63,568 bases of DNA, filler included, from Octopus bimaculoides (GCF_001194135.2; 8 parts of 8 records of this genome joined end to end with filler, not necessarily neighbours in it), one strand, 5' to 3'. Counted from the whole stretch's first letter, positions 1 through 14,235 are shown. Notes: generated from the letters alone by a model not told the origin. Program-made: numbers and translations.

Positions 1-184
1 TTGTTTCAGTTAGTGGAATAGTTTCATTTTTAAAGTTCAAGTATTTGACATGAGTGTTTTTGTTTCACTTTTGACACTTAATACTTAAATAGTGGAGGAG
101 ATATTATGTTGCCGTGTGCTCGAACTCTGCAAGAAGTTAATATTTTTTTTTGACTAAAACACAACTGGAACCCTAAGTAAGGCA

Positions 185-290
185 TGTGTAAAATTTGAAT
201 GAAATTGGTTGCGTAGTTCTCGAGTTTTAGGGATTCCCACAGACAGACAGACAGACAGACACACATTCTCATTTTTATAAATATAGATAT
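185..290 (+). mobile_element. Helitron/Helentron-like non-autonomous element, 3' part
   Basis: aaatttgaatgaaattggttgcgtagttctcgagttt + (ACAG)n + ttttataaatatagat, resembling DINE-1/HINE-type ends. Confidence 0.4.
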
Positions 291-329
291 ATATATATGC
301 TTGCGTAGCTCATGTTTTCACCATGCAGG

Positions 330-1965
330 GTGGTCTTGTGCCTGAGTTTCCAGGTATCAGGGGTGACCTGAAAGCACTTTGGTGAGGCATTGAGTGCGTT
401 TTTGAATCACTTTATCTCTTCACCTTATGTGCGCTTGCCTTTTGCCAATTCACTGTAAAACAGTTTTTGGGGGTAGTTGTGTCAGGCATTCGAACAAGAT
501 GGCCTGCCCAACCGACCTTCGTTCTCCTCAGCAGTGTATAAATGCTTGGCAGATCAGCTCGAGAGAGAACCTCCGTGTCTTGGACCTTGTCTTGCCTGGT
601 GATTTTTCAACAGTTTTCTCAAGCACTTCATGTAGAAGAGGATTAGCCTTTTGATGTGATGTTCATAAACCGTCCCTCCTCTCTCGTACTGATCCGCGTA
701 GCCGCCAGTGTGTTAAGCTTTCTTTTGCGATGTGTGTGTGTTGACTTCATCGTCAATGTTCACAGGTCTAGAGAGAGATAGAGCTATCGAGGTATGTGAA
801 CTTATTAACCACCCTCAGGTTCTCCCCTTTGACAGTGCTAGTTGGTTCCACATACTGCTTTTGTGGGGCAGGTTGGTGCATGACCTCTGTCTTCTGAATA
901 CTGGTTGTGACGTCTAAGCTGCTGTAGGCAATGGAAAAGCAGTTCGTGCTCTGTTGCATATGGGCCTCTGTAGCGTCGTTAAGTGCGCAGTCGTCTGCGG
1001 AAAGGAAAAAAGTCGTGCACTGAGTCGTCTTTTACCTTAGTCTTGGCCTGTAACCTCCACAGCTGAAGAGTTTGACATCATTTTGCTAAGGTTATTTCTA
1101 CAGATATCTTATAAAAATCATTGCCAGCACTGATTTTTGCTAGAGCGTTTCGTATACGAGACGGCAAATGTAAACAAACAAACAATGAGATCGAAGATGA
1201 AAAATGGGTATTGAGCGTATATGCCATAATTCGTGGGGTTTTGCCCCTTCATCAGCGCCGTATAAAGCATTAGTCTGACACCAGTCCCGAATCTGATCTT
1301 GACGCTGGTTTTGTCGATGTTGCGGAAAGCATTCGAAAGCATCCGACAGCATGCCCGAGAACATCATGCTGAACAGTAACGGTGTGAGTACACAGCCTTG
1401 CTTGACTCCGTTAATGATTGGGAATACAACGGAAGAGTCTCCACTGTCCAGCACCCGGGTGACGACGGCGTCGTGAAGCTGATGCACTATATTGATGAAT
1501 TTATCTGGTCAGCCGAATTTTTCCATGATCTTCCAAAGCCCCTCACGACTATTGATGTCGAAAGCCTTGCTTAAGTTTACAAACATCGTGTATAGATCCC
1601 TGTTTTGCTTCTAGTACTTCTGAAATTGGCATGCCGCAAAGGTCATGCCGACTGTCCCAGGGCCCTCTTTGAAGCCACACTGACTCTCTGGTATATGCTC
1701 ATCTACCATGTGCTGAGTGAGGCGGTTAAGGAGGACTCTTGCGAGTGTCTTGCCAACGATGGCAAGGAAAGAAACTGCCTGTTTCCGTTTCTCTTGCAGA
1801 GATGGACGGTAGAAGCATCCTTGAACTCCTGAGGAAACATTTCCTGTTGCCACATGATCTGAAAGTGGTTGGTGAGCTTTTGTATCCACCTTGCCTTGTA
1901 TATTTCAGCTGGGATGGAGTCAGCGCCTGGTGCCTTGCCATTTGAGAGAAGCTTAATTGCTTTCT
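330..1965 (-). mobile_element. RTE-clade LINE, degenerate RT fragment
   Basis: Minus frames give GKAPGADSIPAEIYK, SQCGF..G.GTVGMTFAACQFQ and GVKQGCVLTPLLFSMMF; frameshifts and an internal insertion. Confidence 0.9.
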
Positions 1966-2009
1966 GGACACACACACACACACACACACATACACACACA
2001 CATACACAC

Positions 2010-2160
2010 ACATGCTTTTATTCTTTTATTTGTTTCAGTCATTTCACTGGACTCCAGGACTTGTTTTTTAATGCTTAGTACTTATTCTACCGGACTCTTT
2101 TCTGAACTGTTAAGTTACGGGGACGTAAACACACTAACACCGGTTGTCAAGCGGTGATAG
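2010..2160 (-). mobile_element. SINE family A, 3' part
   Basis: Reverse complement of the 3' half of the full copy at 54791-55205. Confidence 0.75.
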
Positions 2161-3819
2161 GGGAATAAATACAGGTACACACACACATATACATACATAC
2201 ATATACATATACATACACATACATACATACATACATCGCCAGTTACCCAACTTCGACCATCCCGCCTCCAATAGCTCGGAATCTAGAAATGAGTTTGTGG
2301 CTGTTAGTTGTCGTTACCACTAGTATTTGAGCTGATTGGCGAAATGCTAGGAGCAGGATATGATTACTGATGTTGGGAGCTGACTGTTGGCTGTAGATGG
2401 TGAGTGTTATTTCAAGCGTCGGAGGGCAACAGTTGTACATAGAAAAAAAACAATGAAAACTGTTGAGGATTTTACGAACAAAATTTTATTCATGTTGAGA
2501 GAATTTGGATGTTATTGTTCTTGGTGTTATTGAAACAGATTTTGAAAAGTTACTGCTAATAGTTGTGTTTCTGTGGCCAGTACTTCATTATGTTGAGTGT
2601 CAGCTCGGTTGAAACCGTTGCCCGTGTCTGTTCGCTGTTCGTCTACCTTGTCGTCTCTTGCTCTCTCTGCTGCATCCCAAAGCTTTCTGGGTGATAGTTG
2701 CGTGCGCGAGCGTCATGTTATAACTATTGATGGGCTCAGAAAGGAGCGCTCCAAAATTTGAGATTATTGCTGGAGCCCATTCCACGTGAAGTCGTGATTG
2801 GCCAGATTTTGTTGATCACGTGGATAATATTCTTTCCAGGCGAAGTCACGATTGGCTATATTCATTGATCATGTGTGTAACGTTGCAGTGAATCGTGACA
2901 TCAGGTCATTGCCGAATATTCTCGCGACAGGTTTAACCAGAACATACACAAAAGTACCAACAGACACTCGCACACCCTAACGCAGCGGACATCAACTCAA
3001 TAAACCCTTTTCCTCCCCACCCCAATAACCCCCCACGCACACACACACACATAATGCTCCTACACACACTCCATGCTTGCATAAAGGCTCCAAAGAATTT
3101 AACCAAAGAGCTTAACCAAAGCATAAATAAAAAGCACACAAACGAACACAAATGCTTGTACGGCCTTTGGGCACCTGCCCAACGTCCCCACCCCGAAAAC
3201 GTTACACATATAGTACAGTTGCATACATTCCAACTCTACAAGAACACCAGCTCTAAAACATACACACTTTTCCAGGAAACTCTTTTAGCATTGTAATACG
3301 CCCAGAGATGGTATTTGGGTGCCAAGGGACATAACTCTTAGCTTAACCCAGGCTCGGTAACCACAAATCGGGTGTGTCTTCTCACCTCCAACAATAGAGA
3401 GCAGTTGCCATATTTAATTCCATAACTGCCATCTCTGAAAGCACTGGGTTACATAATCGTTATCTAACGCTCTATTTAACCCCCAGTGAAAAACCGATTG
3501 GTAAGATCAGCACTAATGGATATATAATACTGTAAACTTCGATTACTACACACATACATACATACATACATACATACATACATACATACACACATACATA
3601 CATACATACATACACACATACACACATACACACATACACACACACACACACACACACATAAAAGGAGAGACGACATAGTAAGCTTATTGAAGCTGATAAC
3701 ATAATCATTCATTCCTTCGTCATCTCTCTTATTATCATTGTATTCTCAGCCAACACTTCGTTCTGAAACACACATGTATTGAGTTCTACATTGTGTCAGT
3801 GGTCTCGCAATGCATATGC

Positions 3820-3966
3820 GCAGACGTGGCTCTATGGTAAGAAGCTTGCTTCCTAACCACATAGTCCTGGGTTCAGTCCCACTGCGTGGTCCCTTGGGCA
3901 AGTGTCTTCTACTATAGCCTCGGGCGGCCTTGTGAGTAGATTTGGTAGACGGAAACTGAAAGAAGC

Positions 3967-3968
<2 letters not shown>
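3820..3968 (+). mobile_element. SINE family A, tRNA-derived head plus CORE-like block
   Basis: ggtaagaagcttgcttcctaaccacat..gggttcagtcccactgcgtgg..cttgggcaagtgtcttctactatagcc. Confidence 0.85.
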
Positions 3969-4002
<34 letters not shown>

Positions 4003-4560
4003 TTTAAAGATCCAATAGATTAAAGATCAACAAAAAAAGTACTCCCTCCAGTGAGAGAGAAATATCAATTTAAATGCACAACTGAAAGAGCAATCAAGTT
4101 TCATGCTATTATGATACTTGAACAGGCATATTTATAAGATACGCCATGTATCTTCATGTAATCTTCCATGCTCTGTTTTTNNNNNNNNNNNNNNNNNNNN
4201 NNNNNNNNNNNNNNNNNNNNNNNNNNNNNNNNNNNNNNNNNNNNNNNNNNNNNNNNNNNNNNNNNNNNNNNNNNNNNNNNNNNNNNNNNNNNNNNNNNNN
4301 NNNNNNNNNNNNNNNNNNNNNNNNNNNNNNNNNNNNNNNNNNNNNNNNNNNNNNNNNNNNNNNNNNNNNNNNNNNNNNNNNNNNNNNNNNNNNNNNNNNN
4401 NNNNNNNNNNNNNNNNNNNNNNNNNNNNNNNNNNNNNNNNNNNNNNNNNNNNNNNNNNNNNNNNNNNNNNNNNNNNNNNNNNNNNNNNNNNNNNNNNNNN
4501 NNNNNNNNNNNNNNNNNNNNNNNNNNNNNNNNNNNNNNNNNNNNNNNNNNNNNNNNNNNN

Positions 4561-4636
<76 letters not shown>

Positions 4637-5202
4637 CATATACATACATACACATACACACTTAAATATATTTATATATGTATGTGTATGTGCGTGTATG
4701 CGTGCGTGTGTGTGTGTGTGAAGGGAAGTAGTAAGAAGGTGAAAGAGTATAAGAATGAAGTTGTGGGGAGGAAGGAAGGAAGGAGAGAAAGACGGGAAAG
4801 AAAGAAACATACAGAAACAAAGACAAAGTAGAAAAGAAAGAAACGAGAAGAAAAGAAAGAGGAAGACTTCGCGGGAAGGAAAAAGAAAAGAAGAAAGATC
4901 GAATATAAAGAATGAAAGAAAAGAAAGACTATCAATGAATGACTGAATGAATGAATGAATGAATGAATAAATAAAGAGAAGAAACAATGAGAGGTAAGTG
5001 ATCAATGACCATCGAGTCTCATTTAAAATCAAAACTGATCGAATTAACAAAGGAGTAATATAAAGGGGTGCATTAAACGGTTTTGTGTGAAACAGGTAGA
5101 AGGCGAGTCGGGTGGGAGGGTGTATTGGTGAAGGTGGAGTAATCAAGTATTAATACATGCATTTCTATAAACAAACGGAATCGATAATGTTCTGTGTGTG
5201 TG

Positions 5203-5203
5203 T

Positions 5204-5282
<79 letters not shown>

Positions 5283-5298
5283 TGTGTGTGTGTGTGTG
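5203..5298. repeat. (AG)n/(TG)n microsatellite
   Basis: Direct read. Confidence 0.95.
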
Positions 5299-5384
5299 TA
5301 AAGCCATCCAGAAAAGCACTAAGTACACATACATAAATTTGCGCGAACGAGTGTGTATATGTATGTATGTTTGTGTGGGAAGTT

Positions 5385-6200
5385 CAAGACTTAAAGCAGA
5401 AACTGGAGGCTTCATACTAACGGCACGAGATCAAAGCTTGTTTACCAGAAATTATCAGGCTAATGTTCTTAAAAACGGTGCTGATCCAAAATGCAGATTC
5501 TACAACATATTTGATGAAACAATAGACCATCTCGTTTCGGGATGCCCGGTGCTAACACAAACGAATGTAAAAGTCGCCCCGATTGGGAAGGACAGTATTT
5601 ACATTGGTAAATATGTAAGCACTACCAAATCGATATTCCTGCTAAATGATATGAACACTATCTTGAGCCAGTGACTGAATGTTAAAATATCACCATCCTC
5701 TGGGATTTTCCAGTCAACACTAAATTACCAGATATAATTATTAAGACAGAAAAAAGTACTTGTAGACTGATTGATGTAAGTGAATTCATTGATAAATATA
5801 TATCTGTTTAGAAATTCGACAAGCTTAGTAAATATAAGGAGCTGGAAATTAAAATACAAAAGATGGGGCAACTTAAAGCAAAAAACTGTTCCTGTTATTG
5901 TAGGCGCATTATGTGAAAAAAAAAGTATGTCACAAACATGTAGACAACATCCCAGGAGAACCAGATCTCACAGGAATACAAAGGACAGTGCTGTCAAGAA
6001 CTGCCCACGTCTCTAGAAAAAGCTTATCAATTTAAGTCTTTGTGTTTTATTATATGGATGTATTTCTATACTGCCTTCCCCACTTCCCTTCCCAAAATCT
6101 TCAGTTATATTTCAACATCTCTTTACCTTCACTTGCCCCAGGACGCGGGGTGTCTCCAAGAGATTGCATTAAACATGCATATTTAAAAAATATTATAATG
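5385..6200 (+). mobile_element. R4/Dong-like RLE non-LTR retrotransposon, 3' fragment
   Basis: LKAETGGFILTARDQSLFTRNY..DPKCRF..ETIDHLVSGCPVL (CCHC knuckle), then K..Y..L EIKIQKMGQL..VPVIVGAL (endonuclease); stops and frameshifts. Confidence 0.85.
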
Positions 6201-6224
6201 TGGTAACAATAATAATCATTTCTG

Positions 6225-6428
6225 CTATAGGTACAAGGTCTGAAATTTGTGAGGAGGAGGGAACTCGATCTCATTGACTCCAGTATTTGACTGGTACTTA
6301 ATTTATCGATCCCGAAAGGATGAAAGGCAAAGTCGACCTCAGTGGAATTTGAACTCAGAACGTAGCGGCAGAAGAAAGTCGCTAAGCATTTCGCCCGGCG
6401 TGCTAACGATTCTATCAGCTCGCCGCCT
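6225..6428 (-). mobile_element. SINE family C
   Basis: ggcggcgagctg..gttctgagttcaaattcc..gaggtcgactttgcctttcatcctttcggg head; (TTA)-type tail; many copies in the window. Confidence 0.85.
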
Positions 6429-6520
6429 TAATAATAATAATAATAATAATAATAAAAATAATAATAACAACAACAACAACAACAACAACAACAATAATAA
6501 TAATAAGTAGTAGTAGTAGT
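6428..6520. repeat. Compound (AAT)(AAC)(TAG) microsatellite
   Basis: Direct read. Confidence 0.95.
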
Positions 6521-6534
6521 ATAGCATGTCGTTT

Positions 6535-7379
6535 CGGATCTTTGTGATTTGACGGCCAACACTTGTTTTCTTAACGAAACACTTTCAAACTTGGGACACT
6601 GGTAGAATGTGTCATACAAAACAACTTTTTCTCTTAGCCTTCTTAACAAAAAATTGTACATCGCAAGTTATTTCATGTTAAAGTTGTCGTATTTCTGTAA
6701 TTTCAACCAATCACTGACGTCTATTCAGCTGAATACAGTCAGTGCTCTTTTGTAAACAGCCGGTGCTAAGTGTGTTATTCCCTGTGACATATTTCATCCG
6801 GTTTAATCGTAATTTATACGCATATATTGTTTATATAATAAATTACGTTGTGCGTATCTGTGTGTATATTTTTGCCATAACCTCACTCATAACCCTAACC
6901 CTAACCCTNNNNNNNNNNNNNNNNNNNNNNNNNNNNNNNNNNNNNNNNNNNNNNNNNNNNNNNNNNNNNNNNNNNNNNNNNNNNNNNNNNNNNNNNNNNN
7001 NNNNNNNNNNNNNNNNNNNNNNNNNNNNNNNNNNNNATTTCTAGGAAAGGAAGCACTTGGTGGAGGTGCATTAATAATTCAAGTATTTTGATGACTTTTT
7101 CCCCTTTGTTTACGAACAGTCTAGTTAATCGGAAATGTCAGAACTAACGGGGATTAATACCATATACACCGTCACAGCACAAACTGTATTCAACTGAATA
7201 GACGTCAGTGATTAGTTGAAATTATCGAAATAAGACAATTTTTAACGTGAAATAACTTCGAATACAAATTTTTTTATCTGTTCTATACCACAAAATATAC
7301 AAGTATACGAAGTTTGAAAGTGTTTCGGTACCAAAAACACTACATAAAAAAATGTTGCCCGTCAAATCATAAAGGTCCG
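6535..7379. mobile_element. MITE/foldback-like element with ~210-bp inverted arms
   Basis: 6535-6745 is a diverged reverse complement of 7177-7379 (e.g. aaccaatcactgacgtctattcagctgaatacagt vs actgtattcaactgaatagacgtcagtgattagtt). Confidence 0.75.
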
Positions 7380-8613
7380 TCGTTTCCAAATTTCTAGCAG
7401 AGTGAATTGCCCCATGGTGCTGTTTTTCTCACTGTCGGTACCCAACTGACCCTACTATACTGTATAGTTGATAAAATCAAAAACAATGCGCACGCGCAAA
7501 ATTAAAAATATAGAATGATGACAATTTACCCATCGCACCTTGAGTGTGTGTGTGTATACATATATCTATATAGATACATATACGTGTGTTTTTCACACAC
7601 ACACTCACAGAAATTGTGTATATGTGTGTGAGTGGTTCTGTTCAGATATGCATTGGATAATCGCATGAACCGGTTAACTGCATAATTTTGAAAACGCTGA
7701 ACAGTTTCACTTCAAATCTATGAAAAATTTATCTGTTAATTGCATGCATAAGATATTTCTCCCCAGTTTGGGTTTTAAAAATGACAAATTGAACACTTAT
7801 TTGATTTAATATCAATGAAAGGATTCTGGAATGTTCCATTTAAACATGTGTGTCACTCTTTATACTTCTCTTTTATATTTCTTTTTACAAGGTACTACTC
7901 TCAAAAGTATTAGATATCTTCAAATTATTCTCACTAATTCAACGACTTAAAGACTACTGTTCTGATTCAGGTCTAACATGGAATTTTATGAATACGATTA
8001 ACCTTGGATGATTGAAGATTATTAAAGAGAGATAAAAAAAAATCCTCATAGGAAATATGTCACACGATTGCTGTAACGATAACATCAATACAAACAGTAT
8101 TGAAACTTAAGTGGCTGATGTTTACACAAAACGTACTGTAAATGAAACAAAAAAAAAATTTGTTTATTCTTATTTTATTATATAATCCATACGTGTTTAA
8201 TATAACCACAGCGACTTAGTTTACAATATATATTGAATCTCAAACCATTTAGAGCCTTCCATGTGGATGACTTAATTGCACAATGTGATTAATGGCATGC
8301 AATTTTTCATCACCAGCTATCACTGAGCTATTCCGTTATGCTAAGCATACGTATATGTAAGTACGTGCGTACGTACTTAGGTATGTACGTATGTATGTAT
8401 ATATGTATATATGTACGTATTTATCTCTGTACCTTCTGGCTCTGTCTCTGTCTCTCTCTCTCTCTCTCTCTGTATATATATATATATATAACTTTAGGGA
8501 AAAGAACCAAGGTTCATGAACTCATCGATGAAAATCCACTGTCACATATATATATACATTCCATGCATTAAAACACGTACCTCCTTGCAACAATGTAAAC
8601 TTTCATTTAATAA

Positions 8614-8650
8614 AGACTAGCAGAAATACCCGGCGTTGCCCGGGTTAGGG
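8614..8650 (+). mobile_element. Helitron/Helentron-like terminus
   Basis: actagcagaaatacccggcgttgcccggg: ACTAG followed by a short GC palindrome. Confidence 0.4.
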
Positions 8651-8781
8651 ATTCAGACACACACACACACACACACACACANNNNNNNNNNNNNNNNNNN
8701 NNNNNNNNNNNNNNNNNNNNNNNNNTTAATTAATTAANNNNNNNNNNNNNNNNNNNNNNNNNNNNNNNNNNNNNNNNNNNN

Positions 8782-10846
8782 TTTTTTGAGCCCAGTTAGC
8801 CGGGTGCTCGGATTTCTCCAAGGTTGACCTCATCCGGGGTTACCACCAAATACCAGTACAAGACGACGATGTACCGAAAACCGCTGTGATCACTCCTTTC
8901 GGTCTGTACGAATTCCTACATACATTCTTTGGACTGAAAAACGCGGCACAATCCTTCCAACGCTTGATGGACACTGTGTGCAGAGGTTTCGATTTTGTCT
9001 TTGCATATTTAGATGACATCCTCATTGCAAGCCCAAACGCAGAGCTACATAAGAAGCACCTAGTGACTCTTTTTGATAGGCTGGAACAGTATGGTTTAGT
9101 AATCAACCCCGCCAAGTGCATTTTTGATGCGACAGAAATCGACTTTTTGGGACATCGAATCACAAGTGCCGGCGCTACACCCCTGCCAGGTAAAGTAAAA
9201 GCTATTCCATCCTTTCCACGCCCCACCACAAACAAGGCTCTACATCAATTTGTGGGCATGGTAAACTTTTATCATCGCTTCATCCCTTCTGCAGCAAAAG
9301 TGATGAGACCCAAGTACAAGGCATTGTCAAAAGAAGGTGCAAAAAGACAAGTGGAGTGGGATAGTACAAGGACTTCAGTCTTCGAATCCACAAAACAAGC
9401 CCTGGTTCAAGCAACGATGCTGCCCATCCTCACATGTCAGCTCGGACTGCACTCACAGTTGACGCATCCGACACAGCTATTGGAAGTGTTTTAAAACAAT
9501 ACATCAACAGTCAGTGGCGACCACTCGCCTTCTTCAGCCGACAACTACGACACCCTGAACAGAAATACAGTACTTTCGACAGGAAACTACTGGCTGTCCA
9601 TCTAGGTGTCCGCCACTTTCGGTATTTCCTTGAAGGTTGCACGTTTACAGTATTCACGGATCACAAACTACTCACCTTTGCTATGAGCAAGCTCTAGGAG
9701 CCTTGGTCGGCACGCCAACAACAACTATCGCCAATTTCTGAGTAGACCACAGACATTTAACACATAACCGGCAAGGGCAACCCAGTGGCCGACGCACTCT
9801 CTCGTGCTCCTACCCGCTCTCACACCTACCTAGCACCAATAACGGAAGGCTTGGATTACGAAGCTATGGCTGCAACCCAACAGACAGAAGACGAGATCAG
9901 GGCCTACCGCACAGCCATCACATCACTTTCTTTGCAGGATGTACATTTTGGCTCTAACGACACAACCCTACTGTGTGAGGTATCCAATCGTCCCATCAGC
10001 CTGGTGCAAGAAAGTTTTCGACATCATTCATGGACTATTATCCCACCCGGGTACTAAAGCCACACGGCGGCTGCTGTCAAGCAAATTTATCTGGCACGGT
10101 ATGGCCAAGCAATTCGGGGAGTGGACCAGGTCCGGCATCCCCTGTCAACAAGCCAAGGTCCATCAACACACCAAAGCACTCCTTGGAAACTATGAACCAC
10201 CTCAGGCCCGATTCAGGCATGTTAACATCGACATTGTCGGCCCCCTACTAGCTTCACAGGGTTGCTCATACCAACTGACCTTGGTGGACCGCTACACCCG
10301 TTGGCCTGAGCTATCCCTCTCCGCAGTACAGAAACACAAGAAGTCAGTTGAGCTTTCATCGCAAGCTGGGTCGCCCGTTTCGGTGTCCCAGATAGTATCT
10401 CATCCGTTCGGGGTCCACAGTTCGCCTCAAAGCTGTGGAATGACATGTGTGACATTTTCGGAATCACAATGAACCGCACAACAGCCTACCACCCACAGGC
10501 CAACGGATTAGTGGAGAGATTTCACCGCCGCCTGAAGGAATCACTGACAACCAGACACAACGGGCCAAATTGGACTTGGGGGTGGGGAGCTATGTAGGGT
10601 AGGATTCGTGGCAGACGGACTGTAGACAGATACTTCGCCGTGGGCTAGCTAGGAAGTTGGTCAGCAGGAAAGAAAAGGACTTCCGGGCAGAGAACGGTAA
10701 CAGAAGAATGACAGCAGCGTGCGTGAAACGAATCTGAGGGAACTATACAAAAATAACTGACGCCTTAAGCCCTATTGTACCTAAAGTAATAAACCTTTAA
10801 TAAATGCATACTCGTCTCCACTCGTTTGTTTACGTATAGCTTAACA
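8782..10846 (+). mobile_element. Ty3/Gypsy LTR retrotransposon (RT-RNase H-integrase plus 3' LTR), degenerate
   Basis: TPFGLYEF..FGLKNAAQSFQR..AYLDDILIAS (RT); LTVDASD..PLAFFSRQL..TDHK (RNase H); HPG..ATRRL..C..CQ, DIVGPL and AYHPQANGLVERFHR (integrase), in Gypsy domain order. Confidence 0.95.
10593..10846 (+). repeat. Putative 3' LTR of the Gypsy element
   Basis: Purine tract gggggtggggag, then TGT...ACA, with AATAAA signals near 10790-10803. Confidence 0.55.
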
Positions 10847-11107
10847 AAGCTATATCTGCATAAACATGTACTCACATAGGGTCATAATAACCAGACATAT
10901 TATCGCATACACATGTGTATTAACATATATGTTATTACACATCGACATGCATATGAGTATAAAATATATAAATTAGATAAGTGGACAATTTAGACAACAA
11001 AACTACAAGAAGATCCTAGACAAAATATAAACGCATGGAGACAGATAGACTAATTGACAGATGTAAAACATAGTTTGAAGAAATTATTTTCTACTTTTGA
11101 TACGATA

Positions 11108-11143
<36 letters not shown>

Positions 11144-11749
11144 CGTGATGTCGGAATAATTGTTTGGGAAGTTCACTTTGCATCATGAGAACTGAGATCT
11201 TGGCTTTGTCCTTTCGCTCAAAACAACGTGACCAGTACAGTGAATAACAGAAAGGGCGACGACTGAACAAAAGCCCAGGATGGGTGGGTGAAGGGAACAA
11301 CTGTATGTTGGTAGCAACAGAGACAAGAGTGTAAGAGATAGTATAGTGGGGGGACTGAGTGATGGTAAGAGAAAAAGATAGCTATCGCTCAGAGTAGGAG
11401 AGAATTCAGAAAAAGTGAAAATAAATCCTATCATTCTTTAAATACACATAAGTCTCATACTGAACGGAAGTAGTACAGGGATAAGAATAATGGTAGGGGA
11501 TTGAATGGAAGAACGGGTGAGTGTGAGAGGGACGGTAGGTTGAGTTGAGCTCAGTGACATTCCATGTAATACAGGCTACAGTATTGTTCAGTGAATTGGA
11601 AAGATTTACTGCTTTCTTTAGTTACACAGGCAGCATAGTGCAGTTAATAGGAGAAGCGGTGTCTGGAGAATGTGTGAACGACAGAGTTGAGTGGGTATCA
11701 AGGCGGGAGAAATACATTGGCCTAAAATGACGGTATTTTATACCCCCAC

Positions 11750-12831
<1,082 letters not shown>

Positions 12832-12837
12832 GTAAAG

Positions 12838-13278
12838 TTTAGGTTAGTTAAATGTTTGTGACATTTTAACTGCTAAGAGCCATAATCTCTGCAGTTACCA
12901 CGGAGAAAATTTTCTCTTATGGTAAGAAGGTGTAAAAACACCATATCTGCCCAGTGTCACCATCTATCAAGATTCCCATACATTGGTGTTTTTAACTCCT
13001 TAGCTGTTATCAATGGGAAATACCTAAGAAAGGCAACTCTGGAAGACCGTATTAAAGCTACAGCTTTAATTAATATACAGTCAACAACATTGACTAATTT
13101 GCACTGGTAGATCGTGGAAATTACCATAATATTAATGCCAAGCAATGTTTAGGCATAAGCAAAATTCAGGTCAGTTAAAATATGTTTGTGACATATTTCA
13201 ACTGCTAAAAGGCAAATTCACTGCAGTTACCGAGGAGAAAATTTTCGCTTATGGTAAAAAGGTATCTGCCCAGTGTCG

Positions 13279-13280
<2 letters not shown>
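12838..13280 (+). repeat. ~330-bp unit repeat, 1.3 tandem copies; same family as 42332-43128
   Basis: gttagttaaa(t)atgtttgtgaca..ctgcagttacc.ggagaaaattttc.cttatggtaa recurs at ~12843 and ~13171. Confidence 0.8.
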
Positions 13281-13356
<76 letters not shown>

Positions 13357-13384
13357 TGTGTGCGTGTGTGCGTGTATTTTTTAC

Positions 13385-13745
13385 TTTGTTTTAATCTTAG
13401 ACTGCGACCGTGCTGGAGCAACGCCTTTAAGAATTTTTAGTCGAATGAATCGATCCCAGTTAAGTCTGGCACTTATTCTATCGGTCTTTTTGGCTGAACC
13501 TGTAAATCACGGGGATGTAAACACATCAACACCGGTTAACAAGTGGTGGTGGGAGACAAGTACAGACACAAAGATAACCCCCCCACACACACAAACACAC
13601 ATACACAGTTTCTGTATACCAAATCCACTGACAAGGCTTTGGTCGGCACGAGGCTATAATAGAAGGCACTTGCCCAAGGTGCCAAAGAATGGGACTGAAC
13701 TCGAAACCATCTGGTTGGAAACAAACCTCTTACCACACAGCCACG
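13385..13745 (-). mobile_element. SINE family A (diverged)
   Basis: Reverse complement of 54791-55205. Confidence 0.8.
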
Positions 13746-13989
13746 CCATATCTATCTGTCTGTCTGACTGTCTGTCTGTCAATCAATCAAAATTGACCGA
13801 AGAATGCCCTGAGAAATATCAAGAGGTCAGCACTTTCCCATTAATTTCTGAGTGCAAAATGGCTGAGACAATAGACTAAGGATTTATTAGACAATGTATA
13901 AAAATGTGGATTTAGTTTTGAATCTCATGCTCATGTAGGGGTAACACAGTATGTCCACTGAACGGCAAGTCCTCTTTTAATATCCTTGA

Positions 13990-14235
13990 GAGACGCAACG
14001 TTACAACCCTGGCCAAGCGCGTTTGGTCTTTGAAAGAAAGTGCCACTCAGTACAACATAAAGTGAAAGATTCTGGATAAATGTAAGCCGTACTTCAATAG
14101 CAGCAGGAAGTGCAGGTTATGCCTGGCTGAGAAAAGAGCGATTTTAAAGAGCACCCAGTACCCAAGCATTTCCTTGAATAGCAGGAGCGAAGTGTTTAAT
14201 CCTTTCCACATGAAAGGAAGTACATCTTATCATCT
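13990..14235 (+). mobile_element. Penelope-like element, GIY-YIG C-terminal fragment
   Basis: TTLAKRVWSLKE...YNIK*KILDKCKPYFNSSRKCRLCLAEKRAI...LNSRSE matches the Penelope endonuclease C-terminal pattern. Confidence 0.8.

Noticed and set aside
6889-6908. (TAACCC)n as a real telomere; also a short run near 60737
   Set aside because: Only 2-3 units, internal, and the first sits within an inverted-repeat element.
8726-8737. TTAATTAATTAA islands centred in ~100-N gaps (also near 16718, 42276, 51589, 54435, 59434, 62349)
   Set aside because: Identical 12-mer with stops in all six frames, always centred in equal N runs: a scaffolding linker, not biology.
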